Positions 9,854 through 21,691 of a stretch of 64,000 nt of DNA are shown here, piece after piece (position 1 is the first letter of the stretch; every line of letters begins with the position of its first letter). The DNA is from Alphaproteobacteria bacterium (GTDB taxonomy: Bacteria > Pseudomonadota > Alphaproteobacteria > MPNO01 > UBA830). Made by a program: the position numbers and the translations under genes. The notes under the pieces were generated by a model, which did not search any database, had not been told where the DNA came from, and was given only the letters and a program-made list of their open reading frames with translations. The stretch spans positions 521 through 64,520 of the forward strand of contig JAYPPO010000010.1 in assembly GCA_038131485.1 (NCBI GenBank), written 5' to 3'.

Positions 9854-9957
9854 GCTCGAAGGATATCGCCTCGAACGCGTCCAAATTCAATGCCGAACTT
9901 TTATACCTCTAGCCCGCCTGTCGAAATTCGACTTTGAAGGGGTCCTAACACGATAGC

Positions 9958-10035
9958 TGGGGTGGCTGATGGGATTCGAACCCACGACCTCCTGGACCAC
10001 AACCAGGCGCTCTAACCAACTGAGCTACAGCCACC
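9958..10035 (-). tRNA. tRNA-His (GTG) with encoded G-1 and CCA
   Basis: Minus strand GGTGGCTGTAGCTCAGTTGGTTAGAGCGCCTGGTTGTGGTCCAGGAGGTCGTGGGTTCGAATCCCATCAGCCACCCCA; acceptor stem GTGGCTG/CAGCCAC, T-loop GTTCGAA. Confidence 0.97.
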
Positions 10036-10095
10036 ACATTAAATGCGGCCGCCGTAAGTAGACCCCGCAACTGTGCGCGTCAAGGCAGATTGCTG

Positions 10096-11259
10096 TCAGC
10101 CATGGCCAAAATGCGCCTTCAGCCTCCGGATCGCTTCGTCGATGGTTTCAGCCTTTTTGCAGAACGAAAACCTAGCGAAATACTTGACGTCGTCGGAGGT
10201 GTAGAAGGCGCTGACCGGCACGGCCGCGACCCCCGCTTCAGTTGTCAGGTAATGGCAAAAATCGGTATCTAGGCCGTTGTAGCCCAGTGGGCGAAAATCG
10301 GTGGTGATGAAGTAGGTCCCCTGACACGGAATGACCTCGAAACCAACGTCGCTCAGGCCGTCGGCAAGGTGATCGCGCCGCGCCTGCATGTCCGAGGTCA
10401 GCGAATCGAAATAGGCGTCTTCCTTCCGCAGTCCATAGGCGACCGCAGCCTGCAGGTTGGGCGGCGTCGTGAAGGTTAGAAACTGGTGCGCTTTTGCGAT
10501 CGGCGTCAGCAAGTCGGGCGCAGCCGTAATCATCCCGATCTTCCACCCAGTAAGCGAGAAGATCTTACCGGCAGACTGGATGCGCACGGTTCGATCGCGC
10601 ATGCCAGGCAGCGTGATCATCGGCACGTGCGGCACGCCGTCGAAGGCGAGATGCTCGTAGACCTCGTCGGACACCGCAAACGCGTCGTGCTCCCGACAGA
10701 GCTTAGAAATGAACTCAAGTTCGTCGCGACTGTACACCTTGGCGCAAGGGTTCTGCGGCGTATTGATCAAGATGAGCTTGGTTTTATCCGAAAAGGCAGC
10801 TTCGAGCTCGCTGCGCGGCAGCTCCCAGCTCGGCGGCTCCAGACGCACACACTTCGCGACTCCGCCGCCGCGCTGGACGATCGGCAGATAGGAATCGTAA
10901 AGCGGCTCGATCAAGATGACTTCGTCGCCCGGCTCGATCAGGCCGAGCAACGCGGCTCCGAGGGCCTCCGTTCCACCCGACGTCACCATCGTCTCGGTCT
11001 GCCAGTCGATGTCTAGGTCGTAAAATCGCTTCGCATGCTCCGCGACCGCCTTGCGCAGCTCCGGAATGCCGTACATGGACGGATACTGATTGACCCCGTT
11101 GCGCAGATACTCGACGCCCGCCTCGACGACGTCTTTGGGGCCGTTCCCGTCCGGAAAACCCTGCCCTAGATTGATTGCGTCGTGCGCCTGCGCGAGGCGT
11201 GACATCACCTCGAAAATCGTCGTTCCAAAACTCGACAGAACCGCGTTGCCCGGTTTCAC
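10096..11259 (-). CDS. Class I/II PLP aminotransferase (YbdL-like)
   Basis: TTIFEVMS, INLGQGFPD, NTPQNP, SDEVYEH, SAGKIFSLTGWKIG; GTG start after GGAGAG. Confidence 0.9.
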   Translation of the reverse strand: MKPGNAVLSSFGTTIFEVMSRLAQAHDAINLGQGFPDGNGPKDVVEAGVEYLRNGVNQYPSMYGIPELRKAVAEHAKRFYDLDIDWQTETMVTSGGTEALGAALLGLIEPGDEVILIEPLYDSYLPIVQRGGGVAKCVRLEPPSWELPRSELEAAFSDKTKLILINTPQNPCAKVYSRDELEFISKLCREHDAFAVSDEVYEHLAFDGVPHVPMITLPGMRDRTVRIQSAGKIFSLTGWKIGMITAAPDLLTPIAKAHQFLTFTTPPNLQAAVAYGLRKEDAYFDSLTSDMQARRDHLADGLSDVGFEVIPCQGTYFITTDFRPLGYNGLDTDFCHYLTTEAGVAAVPVSAFYTSDDVKYFARFSFCKKAETIDEAIRRLKAHFGHG

Positions 11260-11425
11260 TGTTTCTCTCCCTTTGATCCGACCCCGGCCAGCGGCCTCTC
11301 TAGCACGGCACAAGCGTTTCGCGCCAGATATGGCACATAGCCTCGGGCAATCGCCGAGTATCAGTCAGCTTGACCGTGCGCCGGATCAATAGTTTCGTTT
11401 TGTCATTGGACAGAAGGGATGCATT

Positions 11426-11614
11426 ATGCCTCGCGTCCTCGTCACGTGCAGTAATTGCGAAAGGCCGATCTATAACGGCCTCGCCTTCGAGCAGTGGTTC
11501 ATATTCGAATGGGTCGACGTATAGTTCGCGACGATCGCATTCACCGCCTGCGGCGAATGTACCACTTGGTCGAGAGCCTACGCCTATCTGGAGGCGGACG
11601 GCGGCGGCGACTGA
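11426..11614 (+). pseudogene. Small zinc-ribbon-like protein with in-frame amber stop
   Basis: MPRVLVTCSNCERPIYNGLAFEQWFIFEWVDV*FATIAFTACGECTTWSRAYAYLEADGGGD; TAG at 11522-11524; GAAGGGA upstream. Confidence 0.5.
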
Positions 11615-11650
11615 GCGCTATCCGCCGTTTCTCGGCATGATCCGCGATAC

Positions 11651-12082
11651 TCAACTGTGCAAAATATCCTCTCGCGGAGAGTCGGCCTCATGCATGATTT
11701 CGTTGAGGCGACTCTTTACGACGTCGCCGATGCTCGCCATACCCGACAGGTTGTCGTTCTCCATGACCGGAAAGTGGCGGACGCGCCGCTCCGTCATATA
11801 GTTGAGGATGTCACGCCCCGTATCTTCGGATGAAGAGATCAGCACGTCCCTAGTCATCAGGCTTTCTACAGGCCGCTCCAGGAGCGCCGGGCCCAATTCC
11901 GCGAGAGCTCGGATGATATCGCGTTCGAAGACGATTCCCGTAACGTCGACGCCGTTCACCAAGACAACAGGCGCACCAATCCGGCTATCTGCGAGCTCCG
12001 CAATCGTCTCCCCTACCATCCTCTCTGGCGCATTGGTGTAAACGCTGTTCCCCGTGCCTTTAAGGATTGCTGCCACCAGAAT
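11651..12082 (-). pseudogene. CBS-domain pair protein, probably degenerate
   Basis: (I)LVAAILKG..., GIVFERDII, MTERRVRHFPV, SIGDVVK; the expected start after AAGGGG reads ATT and several consensus positions deviate. Confidence 0.6.
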
Positions 12083-12168
12083 GGCATTCCCCTTCGGCCG
12101 CGATCGGAATAGCTGTCTGATGTCTATCCCGGCCTTCAGAAGATGGCTAGCGCGAAAAGCCCACTTGA

Positions 12169-12205
12169 TGCTTAAAAATTCAGCAATTTGCCTAATTATT
12201 TGGCG
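12169..12205 (+). promoter_or_regulatory. Tandem NtrC-like enhancer sites upstream of glnB
   Basis: TGCTTAAAAATTCAGCA (12169-12185) and TGCCTAATTATTTGGCG (12189-12205), TGC-N11-GC pattern, 75-110 nt upstream of the -24/-12 element. Confidence 0.55.
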
Positions 12206-12277
12206 GCTATCGCCGCGCAAATGAGGATCTTTTCGTGGTAGCCGACTAAATCCAAAGCTTTACAAACGCGTCCGCAA

Positions 12278-12294
12278 TTGGCACGAATCCTGCA
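12278..12294 (+). promoter_or_regulatory. Sigma54 (-24/-12) promoter of glnB-glnA
   Basis: TTGGCACGAATCCTGCA, GG-N10-GC spacing. Confidence 0.85.
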
Positions 12295-12315
12295 AGATAA
12301 GTAGGCGCCGAGTAA

Positions 12316-12696
<381 letters not shown>

Positions 12697-12802
12697 CCCT
12701 TTAATTTCTCCCCTTCGACAAATAGGCCGGCCGGAGTTCTCTGGGCGAGACTGCTCGACAAGGGGCTACACAAAAGAACGCTAAAATCGAAAGGAAACAG
12801 CG

Positions 12803-14210
12803 ATGGCGGACGACATCAAAAACGTCCTCAAAATGATTGAGGAAAACAACGTCAAATACGTAGACTTCCGGTTCACCGACCCCCGCGGCAAGTGGCAGCA
12901 CACCGCGCAGACGGTCAGCAGTGTTGATGAGGATCTGCTCTCCGAAGGCATCATGTTCGACGGCTCGTCGATCGCTGGTTGGAAAGACATCAACAGATCA
13001 GACATGACGCTAATGCCCGATTGTTCGAGCGCCGTCATGGACCCGTTCGCCGCGCAGGAACAGCTGATACTGTTCTGCGACGTCATCGAGCCCAGCACCG
13101 GCCAGTTCTACAGCCGAGATCCGCGCTCGACCGCGAAGCGCGCCGAGGCCTATCTGCAAGAAACCGGCCTAGGCGACACCGCGTATTTCGGTCCCGAGCT
13201 GAGTTCTTCGTTTTCGACGACGTCCGTTACGACGTCTCGATGAACCACTCCTTCTATGCCCTGAACGAAGAGGAAGGTCCGTATAACTCTGGCGCCGTTT
13301 TAGAAGGCGGCAACATCGGCCATAGGCCAGGCACAAAGGCGGCTACTTCCCGTTCCGCCCGTCGACTCGATGAGCGACCTGCGCGCCGAGATGCTGACGG
13401 TTATGGGAGAGATGGGCCTGACGATCGAAAAGCACCACCACGAGGTCGCGCCGAGCCAGATGGAACTCGGCTTCGGCCATAACAAGCTGATGAAGGTCGC
13501 CGACTGGGTGCAGATATACAAATACTGCGTCCACAATGTCGCTCATTCCTACGGCAAGACGGCGACCTTCATGCCGAAGCCGATCCTCGGCGACAATGGC
13601 TCGGGCATGCATGTCCACCAGTCGATCTGGAAGGATGGCACGCCGACCTTGCGGGCTCCGGCTATGCGGACCTGTCGGAGACCTGCCTGTACTACATTGG
13701 CGGAATCATCAAGCACGCCAAGGCGCTGAACGCGTTTACCAATGCGTCCACCAACAGCTACAAGCGGCTAATCCCGGTCTTTGAGGCCCCCTTGCTGCTC
13801 GCCTACTCGGCGCGCAACCGTTCCGCCTCCTGCCGTATCCCCTACGCGATGTCGCCCAAGGCGAAGCGCGTCGAGGTGCGTTTCCCGGATCCGACGGCGA
13901 ATCCGTACTTCGCGTTCTCTGCAATGCTGATGGCCGGGATCGACGGTATTCAGAACAAGATCCATCCGGGCGAGCCGATGGACAAGAACCTCTACGACCT
14001 GCCCCCGGAAGAACTCGCCGACGTTCCGACCGTCGCGCACAGCCTCCGCGAAGCGGTCGGTGCGCTGGATGCGGATCGCGAGTTTCTGACAAAGGGCGAC
14101 GTGTTCCCCAACGATCTGATTGATGGCTACATCGATCTGAAGTGGGAAGAGATTTACAAGTTCGAGCACACGCCGCACCCGATTGAATTCGACATGTACT
14201 ACAGCGTCTG
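12803..14210 (+). CDS. glnA: Glutamine synthetase type I (several indels, probably sequencing errors)
   Basis: [64 protein letters not shown] across three frames. Confidence 0.95.
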
Positions 14211-14230
14211 ATCGGAAACGCAGAAACGAC

Positions 14231-14262
14231 GAAAGGCCGCCTCGGGGCGGCCTTTCCATTTT
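14231..14262 (+). terminator. Intrinsic terminator after glnA
   Basis: GAAAGGCCGCC-TCGG-GGCGGCCTTTC followed by CATTTT. Confidence 0.8.
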
Positions 14263-14687
14263 CGGGAAAAACCCGGCTCCGAACGGCGTCAGTGCCAGCC
14301 GGAGCAGGGCTTTGCCTTCGTCGGCATCGGATCAGCTTCTCCCTGCCGAAGCCGCGGTGAACATCGCGCAAGCGGTAGGTAACAAATTCGGTCCCGGGTT
14401 CGACCTTGACACCCCCGAGGCGCAATAGACGAAATCCTGCTCGATCCTGGGATAGAACAGATTGTCGGTCGCAAGGACCTAGCCGCCGTTGCCGATCAAC
14501 TCCTACCTGTCCTGTCCAAGAATTGCTCCCACTTGTCATCCTCGCGAACGATGTTGACCTTTAACTAATAACCGTTCTCGCCGACCAGGCTTACGCCCGC
14601 CTTTATCTCTAAGCGCTTATCGGCAGGCGCCGGCCACGATTGCGGCGGAACAAAGAACGGCGGAGGTACGGCGCAACCTCATCCGCC

Positions 14688-15095
14688 TCAGTCCAACCCC
14701 CCGAGGAGCGGTCGAGGGCGGCCGGGGTCGTCGATGGCCACATAGGTAAATACGCCTTCGGTCACCTTGACGTGCGTTTCGGCGTTTCGCCGGCGCACCC
14801 AGACGTCGATCTTCGTGGTGACCGAGGTTCTACCAGATGCGATAAGCTGCGCGTAGCAGCTGACCTCGTCGCCGACAGCGACGGGTACGTGAAATGCGAT
14901 CTCCTTGATGCCGACTGTCGCCACCCTCCCCCGCGCCTTCAGCTGCGCGACGCTGCCGCCGGCGAGGTCCATATAGGACATGATCCAGCCACCGAAGATA
15001 TCGCCGTTGCCGTTCGCATCGGCCGGCATGGCGATCGTTCGGATAGCCGGTTCGAAATCCGGCGGTCGATTCGGGCTGTTATCGGGTTGGGTCAT
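14688..15095 (-). CDS. Acyl-CoA thioesterase (YciA-type hotdog fold)
   Basis: AMPADANGNGDIFGGWIMSYMDLAG, GRVATV, TEGVFTYVAID. Confidence 0.92.
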   Translation of the reverse strand: MTQPDNSPNRPPDFEPAIRTIAMPADANGNGDIFGGWIMSYMDLAGGSVAQLKARGRVATVGIKEIAFHVPVAVGDEVSCYAQLIASGRTSVTTKIDVWVRRRNAETHVKVTEGVFTYVAIDDPGRPRPLLGGLD

Positions 15096-15206
15096 GAGAT
15101 ATACAAGATGTCGTGGTTTCAATCTGTTACTAATACAGGATAGCTCGACTTTTGAGGCCGCGCACGGGCCTTCTGATCATCACCGCCGGAGTTTATATAG
15201 GGTTCC

Positions 15207-17214
15207 ATGCCTGATCTGTTCGAGAAATCATCCTCGCGCAAAAAGCAGTATTCCGCGAAGGATATCGAAGTCCTCGAAGGGCTGGAGCCGGTCCGCAAAC
15301 GGCCGGGCATGTATATCGGCGGCACTGACGAACGCGCGCTGCACCATCTCGCAGCCGAAATCCTAGACAACTCTATGGACGAGGCGGTGGCCGGCCACGC
15401 GAACTGGATCGAATTCGAACTTGGCGCCGACGGTTTCGTTATCGTGCGCGATAACGGCCGCGGCATCCCGGTCGACCCGCACCCTAAGTTCAGGACAAAT
15501 CCGCGCTCGAAGTCGTTCTGACGACGCTGCATTCGGGCGGAAAGTTCGGCGGCGACGCCTACAAGACCTCCGGCGGACTTCACGGCGTCGGCCTGTCGGT
15601 CGTCAACGCCTTGTCCAAGGAACTCCGCGTCGAGATCGCCCGCGACAAGAAGTTGTGGACCCAGAACTACGCCCGCGGCAAACCGACGGGCAAGCTCAAG
15701 GACGCAGGCAAAGCGAGTAACCGACGCGGCACGACCATCGCCTTCAAGCCCGACCCAGAGATTTTCGGCGAGAGCGCGGCCTTCCGGCCGGCCCTGCTGT
15801 ACAACATGGCTAAGGCCAAGGCCTATCTGTTTAAGGGCGTTCAGATCCGCTGGTCGTGCGATCCATCGCTACTTCGGGGCAAAGAGGAAATCCCCGAGAA
15901 GGCGACGCTGCATTTCCCCGGCGGCCTCTCCGATTACCTCGAAACCACGCTGGACGGCCGCGAAACCGTGACGGGACTCCATTTCGCCGGCGAAGCGGAT
16001 CTCAACGGCGGCAGCGGCCGCGCCGAATGGGCGATTGCCTGGCCGGAGCGCGGCGACGGCTCCCTCGCCTCCTATTGCAACACCGTGCCCACGCCAGAGG
16101 GCGGCACGCACGAGAGCGGCCTTCGGACCGCCCTGGCGCGCAGCCTCAAGTCTTATGCCGAAATGGTCGGTAACAAGCGTGCCGGAATCATTACCGGCGA
16201 CGACGTGATCGGCGGCTCGGCCGGTATCCTGTCGGTGTTCGTGGCCAATCCCGAATTCCAGGGCCAGACTAAGGAAAAGCTGTCGTCTCCCGGCGTCGCC
16301 AAGCTCGTCGACACGTCGATCAAGGATCATTTCGACCACTTCTTGACCGGAAACCCGCAGGCGGCAAACGACCTGCTAGAACATGTGCTGGAGCGCGCAG
16401 AGGAGCGCCTGCAGCGCCGCAAGGAGCGTGAATTCGCCCGCAAGACGCCGACGCGCAGAGTCCGGCTGCCGGGCAAGCTTGCCGACTGCGCTGCGGGTTC
16501 GGCCGACGGAACCGAGATTTTTCTGGTCGAGGGCGACTCCGCCGGCGGCTCCGCGAAGCAGGCGCGGGACCGCAAGACGCAGGCCGTGCTGCCGCTCCGC
16601 GGCAAGATCCTGAACGTCGCCAGCGCGACCGAAGACAAGATGCGCGCCAACCAGGAAATCACCGACCTGATCCAGGCCCTTGGATGCGGTTTCGGCGACA
16701 GCTACGACCCCTCGAAACTGCGGTACGAGCGCGTCATCATCATGACTGACGCCGACGTGGATGGCGCGCATATCGCCTCGCTGCTGATGACCTTCTTCTT
16801 CCGGGAGATGCCGGAGATGGTCCGCGATGGCAACCTCTATCTCGCGATGCCCCCACTCTACCGCATCTCTCAGGGAAGCGAGACGGCCTACGCCCGGGAC
16901 GACGCCCACAAGGACGAGATGATCCGGAACGTTTTCACGGGGCGCGGCAAGATAGACATCAGCCGCTTCAAAGGCCTTGGCGAAATGCCGCCCGCCCAGC
17001 TCAAGGAAACGACGATGAACCCGGCGACCCGGACGCTGCTGAAGGTAGTGCTGCCGGCCGACGAGGAATTCGAGCCAAGACGCGCGGCCGGGCCAAGAAG
17101 GCGAAGGCCGGAACAACCGAAGATCTCGTGGAACGGCTAATGGGCCGCAAGCCGGAACTGCGGCTCAAGTTCATCCAGCAGAACGCCAACCGAGTCGATT
17201 ACATAGACATCTGA
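15207..17214 (+). CDS. parE: DNA topoisomerase IV subunit B (indels near 15500 and 17090)
   Basis: [67 protein letters not shown]; lacks the long GyrB insert. Confidence 0.92.
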
Positions 17215-17351
17215 TACAACGCCCACCAACGGGTATTTCTGCGGCGGACGTGTTTTTATGGCGATACCGCCGGGGTATTAACTAATCCGGGTGCGTGATT
17301 AACAGCGAGATCGAGGAGCCTGGCAAAGGCAAATTGTCTCTTTCGGCCGCC

Positions 17352-17840
17352 ATGGCAGCGATTGCTATGTTTCTGTCAGCTGGTTTGGGCTTGCTCGTCA
17401 TCGAGATCGTCGTGACCCAGGACTAATACAACGACGCCTTCGAGTTCGCGAGCCAGTTCGCCGTCGTTCTCGGATGGCCCTTCGGTGACGGCGCCGAGCT
17501 GATCGAAGCCGTCATGACCGACTATATGAAAAGTCCGAACCGGGGCCCTTTTGTTATCTTCGAACCGTCCCTCGGAACGAAGCCCGGCAATGCGTTCCGC
17601 GTCGTGGTGTTGTTCAACGGCCAAATCCCCCTTGGCCATTAAGCCATCTGCACGTACGGATCCGACATCGGCTGCGATCCTGGCCTGGCGAATGCGCGGA
17701 TAGATGCCGTGTCGTGCCCGGGCGACCACCTGCTCAGTTCCGCTGAATGCAACGTGGAAGCTTTCACCGAGCCAGCCGATCCGCGTTTCTTCGAACCTGT
17801 CAAAGTTGTCGCGCTAGCTTTGATACTGGCGCACAACTAA
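17352..17840 (+). CDS. Hypothetical exported protein, broken by a stop and indels
   Basis: Hydrophobic N-terminus then coding-like VVLGWPFG...FRVVVLFNG...CPGDHLLSSA; no family recognised. Confidence 0.3.
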
Positions 17841-17884
17841 CATCAGGACGGCGGCGAGCCGCCTCCAACAACTGACATCGGCAA

Positions 17885-18585
17885 TCAGCCTGTCAGCCAG
17901 AACCGCATCGCCGCGTTCACCTCTTCTGGCCGTTCCATCGTCGACAGGTGGCCGCACGCCTCAACTATGACCAGAGCGCCGCCGGGGATAAGCGATGCCA
18001 TCTCCTCGCTCAGTTCCAGCGGCGTCAGGACATCCTGACGCCCGCACAGCAGCAGCGTCGGGCATGCGATCGAGGGTAACCCTGGCCGGCTGTCCGGCCG
18101 GTTCATGATAGCATGTTGCTGGCGCAGGAAGGCTTCTTTACCGACGGCGTCGGCCATCGCCGAGATATCGGCGACGAGCGCCTCGTCAACAAGCCGGCCC
18201 TCGTGAATGAACAGCGGCAGCAGGCGCGGGCTCACGGCCTTGAACGCCGCGGTGGGCAAGCGAGATCAGTCGCGCCGCCGGGTCGTCTGCTCGGGCGTAT
18301 CCGCGCGCGATCCTGTGATCATCATCAAGAAGCGCCAGCCGGGTAACCTGTTCGGCGCCTGACGCATTATCTCGAAAGCGCGACGTAACGCCCATCGAAG
18401 TTCCCCTGCCAGCGCGAAGCGCTCCGGTGCCGCATCCAGAGCGCGCTGCGCCGGACATGCAGTCGTCGCGTCATATCGGCGACAGTGACGTTGGCGATAT
18501 CCGACAGCGCTCTGGACTGGTGCGCCCAGAGGCGCTGATCGCACAGAAGGCCGGGAAGCAGGACGAGCGGTTGACGGTCGGTCAC
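17885..18585 (-). CDS. Alpha/beta hydrolase (frameshifted)
   Basis: LVLLPGLLCDQRLW at the N-terminus; PTLLLCGRQD.LTP and ACGHLSTMERP at the C-terminus. Confidence 0.82.
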
Positions 18586-18600
18586 GGACGGAAGCTCCGA

Positions 18601-19160
18601 TTAGCTGAGGAAACGCAGCTACTTTTGACGAGCGACAGCAGTTCCCGGAATCTGGCCGTCCCCGCCTGCCCCATCCATTCGTACACGACCTTATCCCCGG
18701 AGGTGACGATCTGGACTCCTCAGATCGCGCAGCTGCTGTACTGCCACCGCGTGGTCTTTCGCGGGCGTGCGCGAAGATGTCGCATCTGCGGCGACGAAGC
18801 ATCGGTAGCCAGCATCGGCAAAGGTGATGGCCGTCTGAGGACGGTGATATGCACCGATCCTGCTGATGACGATGTGCTCACCGGATCGAGCTGATCGATC
18901 CTGCCGCGGATCGCTGTATTCCGGGCCAGAAATGAACCTTGCTGAAGATGGCGTCGTCGTCCACCAGCTCGGCCAGCGTCGACGGTGGGGACTCTAGACC
19001 CTCTGGGTACTGCTCGGTCACGATAACCGGGATTACCGGTCCGCTGCCTTCATAACAGCGAACAGCCCGCCAGAACCTTGGCGCGGCGCATCCATCGCCG
19101 CCAGTGAAACGTTGTTGACATCGACGATCATCAGGCAGGATCCGAACGTTCGACAAGAGC
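18601..19160 (-). CDS. Isochorismatase-family hydrolase (frameshifted)
   Basis: PVIVTEQYPEGL, IFSKVHF, C-terminal VVYEWMGQAGTARFRELL. Confidence 0.65.
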
Positions 19161-19287
19161 AGGCCCCGGTCACTTCATCTTCTTTTATCGATTCATAAGG
19201 TGCTATAAAGATTTGTCTTACAACGGTTTGCGACTAGATCACAGACGGTCCTCGCGAACCAGATTTTTCAGCCATAGCAAAGTAGGT

Positions 19288-20742
19288 ATGAGTTTTCAGA
19301 TCTCGGGCTCAGCTTCCGAAGTCTCCACGTAATCGCTGACGCAGGTTACGTCGAGCCGACCCCGATCCAAAAAGAGGCAATCCCCTACGTCCTTATGACG
19401 CGCGACGTTCTAGGTTGCGCGCAGACAGGTACCGGCAAAACCGCCCCGTTCACGTTGCCGATGATCGACATCCTGTCGAGTGGCGGGCGAAAGCGCGGAT
19501 GCCGCGATCGCTGATTCTGACCCTGACGCGAGCTTGCCACCCAAATCGCCGAGAATTTTGAGATCTACGGCATAATAAGCTCGCCAGTGGCGCTGCTGAT
19601 CGGCAGGCGTGTCGATGGACGAACAGACGAAGAAGCTCGACCGCGGCGTCGACGTGCTGATCGCGACGCCGGGCCGCCTGCTCGATCACTTCGAGCGCGG
19701 CCGCATCCTGCTGAACGACATCAAGATCCTGTCATCGACGAGGCAGACCGGATGCTCGACGGCGGGCTTCATTCCGGATGTCGAGAAAATCGTCTCCTGC
19801 TGCCGAAGATCCGCTAAACGCTGTTCTTCAAGACGATGCCACCGGAAATTCGTCGACTTTCTGACAAATTCCTGATGGAACCTGGCTGGAAATCACTGTC
19901 GCACCCCAGTCGCGCCCTGTCAGCGGAAACTGTCGACTCAGAAGCCTGCCATCATCGATCTGCGCGAGAAGCGCGAGGCGCTTAGCCGGATCATCAAGAG
20001 CGAGAGCGTCGACACGGCTATCATCTTCTGCAATCGTAAGCGCGACGTTGACATCCTGAATAAGTCCTCGCGTCTGCACGCTTCGCACCGCCGCTGCCCT
20101 TCATGGGGACATGGATCAGTCGTTCCCGTAACGACGCGCTGAGCGCTTCCGGGCGCGGCGAGATCAACTTCCTCGTCGCGAGCGACGTCGCGCGCGGCCT
20201 CGATATCGACGTGACCTGCCGGTGGTGGGTACGAATCGACGTGCCAATGCACTCCGAGGACTACATCCACCGGATCAAGCTGAACCAGGCCGTGCCGGCC
20301 GCAAGGGTAACGCCTACACGCCCGCCGCCCTGTCGGACGGAGTTCATATTGACCGATCGAACAGCTGCTCGGCAACCTGATCCCCCGCATGGAGATCGAG
20401 AGGGCCTACAGGGCGCGGTCTGGACGAAGGTGACGGACGCCGACGTTCCCTGCGGCGCTGCCGCGGCAGGAAGGGCGACGACTGGTCCGCAAACAGCCGC
20501 AGTCCAAGCCATCACTCGAGAAGCAGGCGGGTGGAAGGCAAAAGGAGAACGATCGCCGCCTAGTAAACGACGATTTTAGTGCCCGCAGGGCGCAATCCGA
20601 CCGCAAGCAGCGGGACGAAAAGTCCGGCGACAGAAAGCGCAGCAAGAATTCGGACCATAACGAGAAGTCGGTCGTCGGACTGGGCGACCATGTGCCAGCA
20701 TTCCTTCAGCGACCTGCCAGGCCGTCCTCCGGCAGGGGCTGA
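19288..20742 (+). CDS. DEAD/DEAH-box RNA helicase (heavily frameshifted)
   Basis: PTPIQ, AQTGTGKTA, IATPGRLLD, DEADRML, IIFCNRK, VASDVARGLDI, EDYIHRI, C-terminal VGLGDHVPAFL. Confidence 0.85.
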
Positions 20743-20755
20743 ACAGGAAACGGAA

Positions 20756-20998
20756 ATGCAGACGATCTTTGTGATGGTGAAGTGTGAGCTCGGCAAAGCA
20801 TATGATGTCGCCGCAGCAGCAGTAGACAATGTCAAACATGTCTCGGAGGTCTACTCGGTCTCCGGCCGGCACGACCTAACGATGAAATGCACGCTCCGAG
20901 GACGACATGGACGTTGGCCACTTCGTCACGCAGAGGCCAGAGCCTCGACGGCGTCGCTGATACCTTCATTGATCATCGCCTTTAACGCCTTTACCTGA
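20756..20998 (+). CDS. Stand-alone Lrp/AsnC ligand-binding domain protein
   Basis: MQTIFVMVKCELGKAYDVA...VSEVYSVSGRHDL...IIAFNAFT; middle part garbled. Confidence 0.72.
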   Translation: MQTIFVMVKCELGKAYDVAAAAVDNVKHVSEVYSVSGRHDLTMKCTLRGRHGRWPLRHAEARASTASLIPSLIIAFNAFT

Positions 20999-21054
20999 GC
21001 GCGAAGCCGGCGCGCAGCCTCCGTGGCATCTATCTTCCGTCTCACAAAGCGGCT

Positions 21055-21621
21055 TCAGCCTCGACTGACAGCCGCGGCCCCTCCGCATCCTTTTTCCGTC
21101 AGCGCCCCCGGTCTCGACCAGCTTGAGCGAGCGTCCCGCAGTTTCAGGTAATCCAGGTTGCTGTCGACCTTCATCCAGTCCTTCTCGCCCTGCGTCAGGT
21201 CGCGCAGCACTTTGCCGGCGCTCCCGCGGCGATCACGTTCGGCGGGACTTCCGGCCGCGGGAACGAAGGCGAGCGCGGCGACCAGGGCGTTCTCGCCTAC
21301 TTTCGCTCCGTCCATGATACCGCGTTCATGCCGACCAGCGCGCGGTCGGTCACCTCGCAGCCATGCAGGACGGCGCCATGCCCGATATTACAATACTCGC
21401 CCACGATCACGTCGCCGCCCGCAAAACAGTGGGTGCAGTTGTTCTGAGTTGCTGCCGCGTCCCCATTACGAAGCGGCCGAAATCAGCGCGATCGATGCGC
21501 ACGGCCCGACATAGCAATCGGGACCGACGATCACGTCGCCGATCAGCATCGCGCTCGGATGCACGAACGCGCTAGGGTCGACGATTGGTGTGACACCGTC
21601 GATCGCGTAGACCTTCACCAT
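21055..21621 (-). CDS. PaaY/CaiE-like hexapeptide-repeat (gamma carbonic anhydrase family) protein (frameshifted)
   Basis: [61 protein letters not shown]. Confidence 0.8.
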
Positions 21622-21691
21622 GGGCTGACACTCTCCAACAAAAGGGCGGTGAGAAATCTCACCGCCATCATTCGTCCCATGCGGACCAGTC

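Noticed and set aside
9374-11614. Stop-codon reassignment (Sec, Pyl or alternative code) to explain in-frame TGA/TAG
   Set aside because: TGA and TAG terminate many intact genes here at expected lengths; the stops are mixed types and no recoding machinery is visible.
12803-17214. Programmed frameshifting or true pseudogenes in glnA and parE
   Set aside because: Multiple shifts at unrelated sites within a region-wide indel gradient; sequencing error is the simpler explanation.
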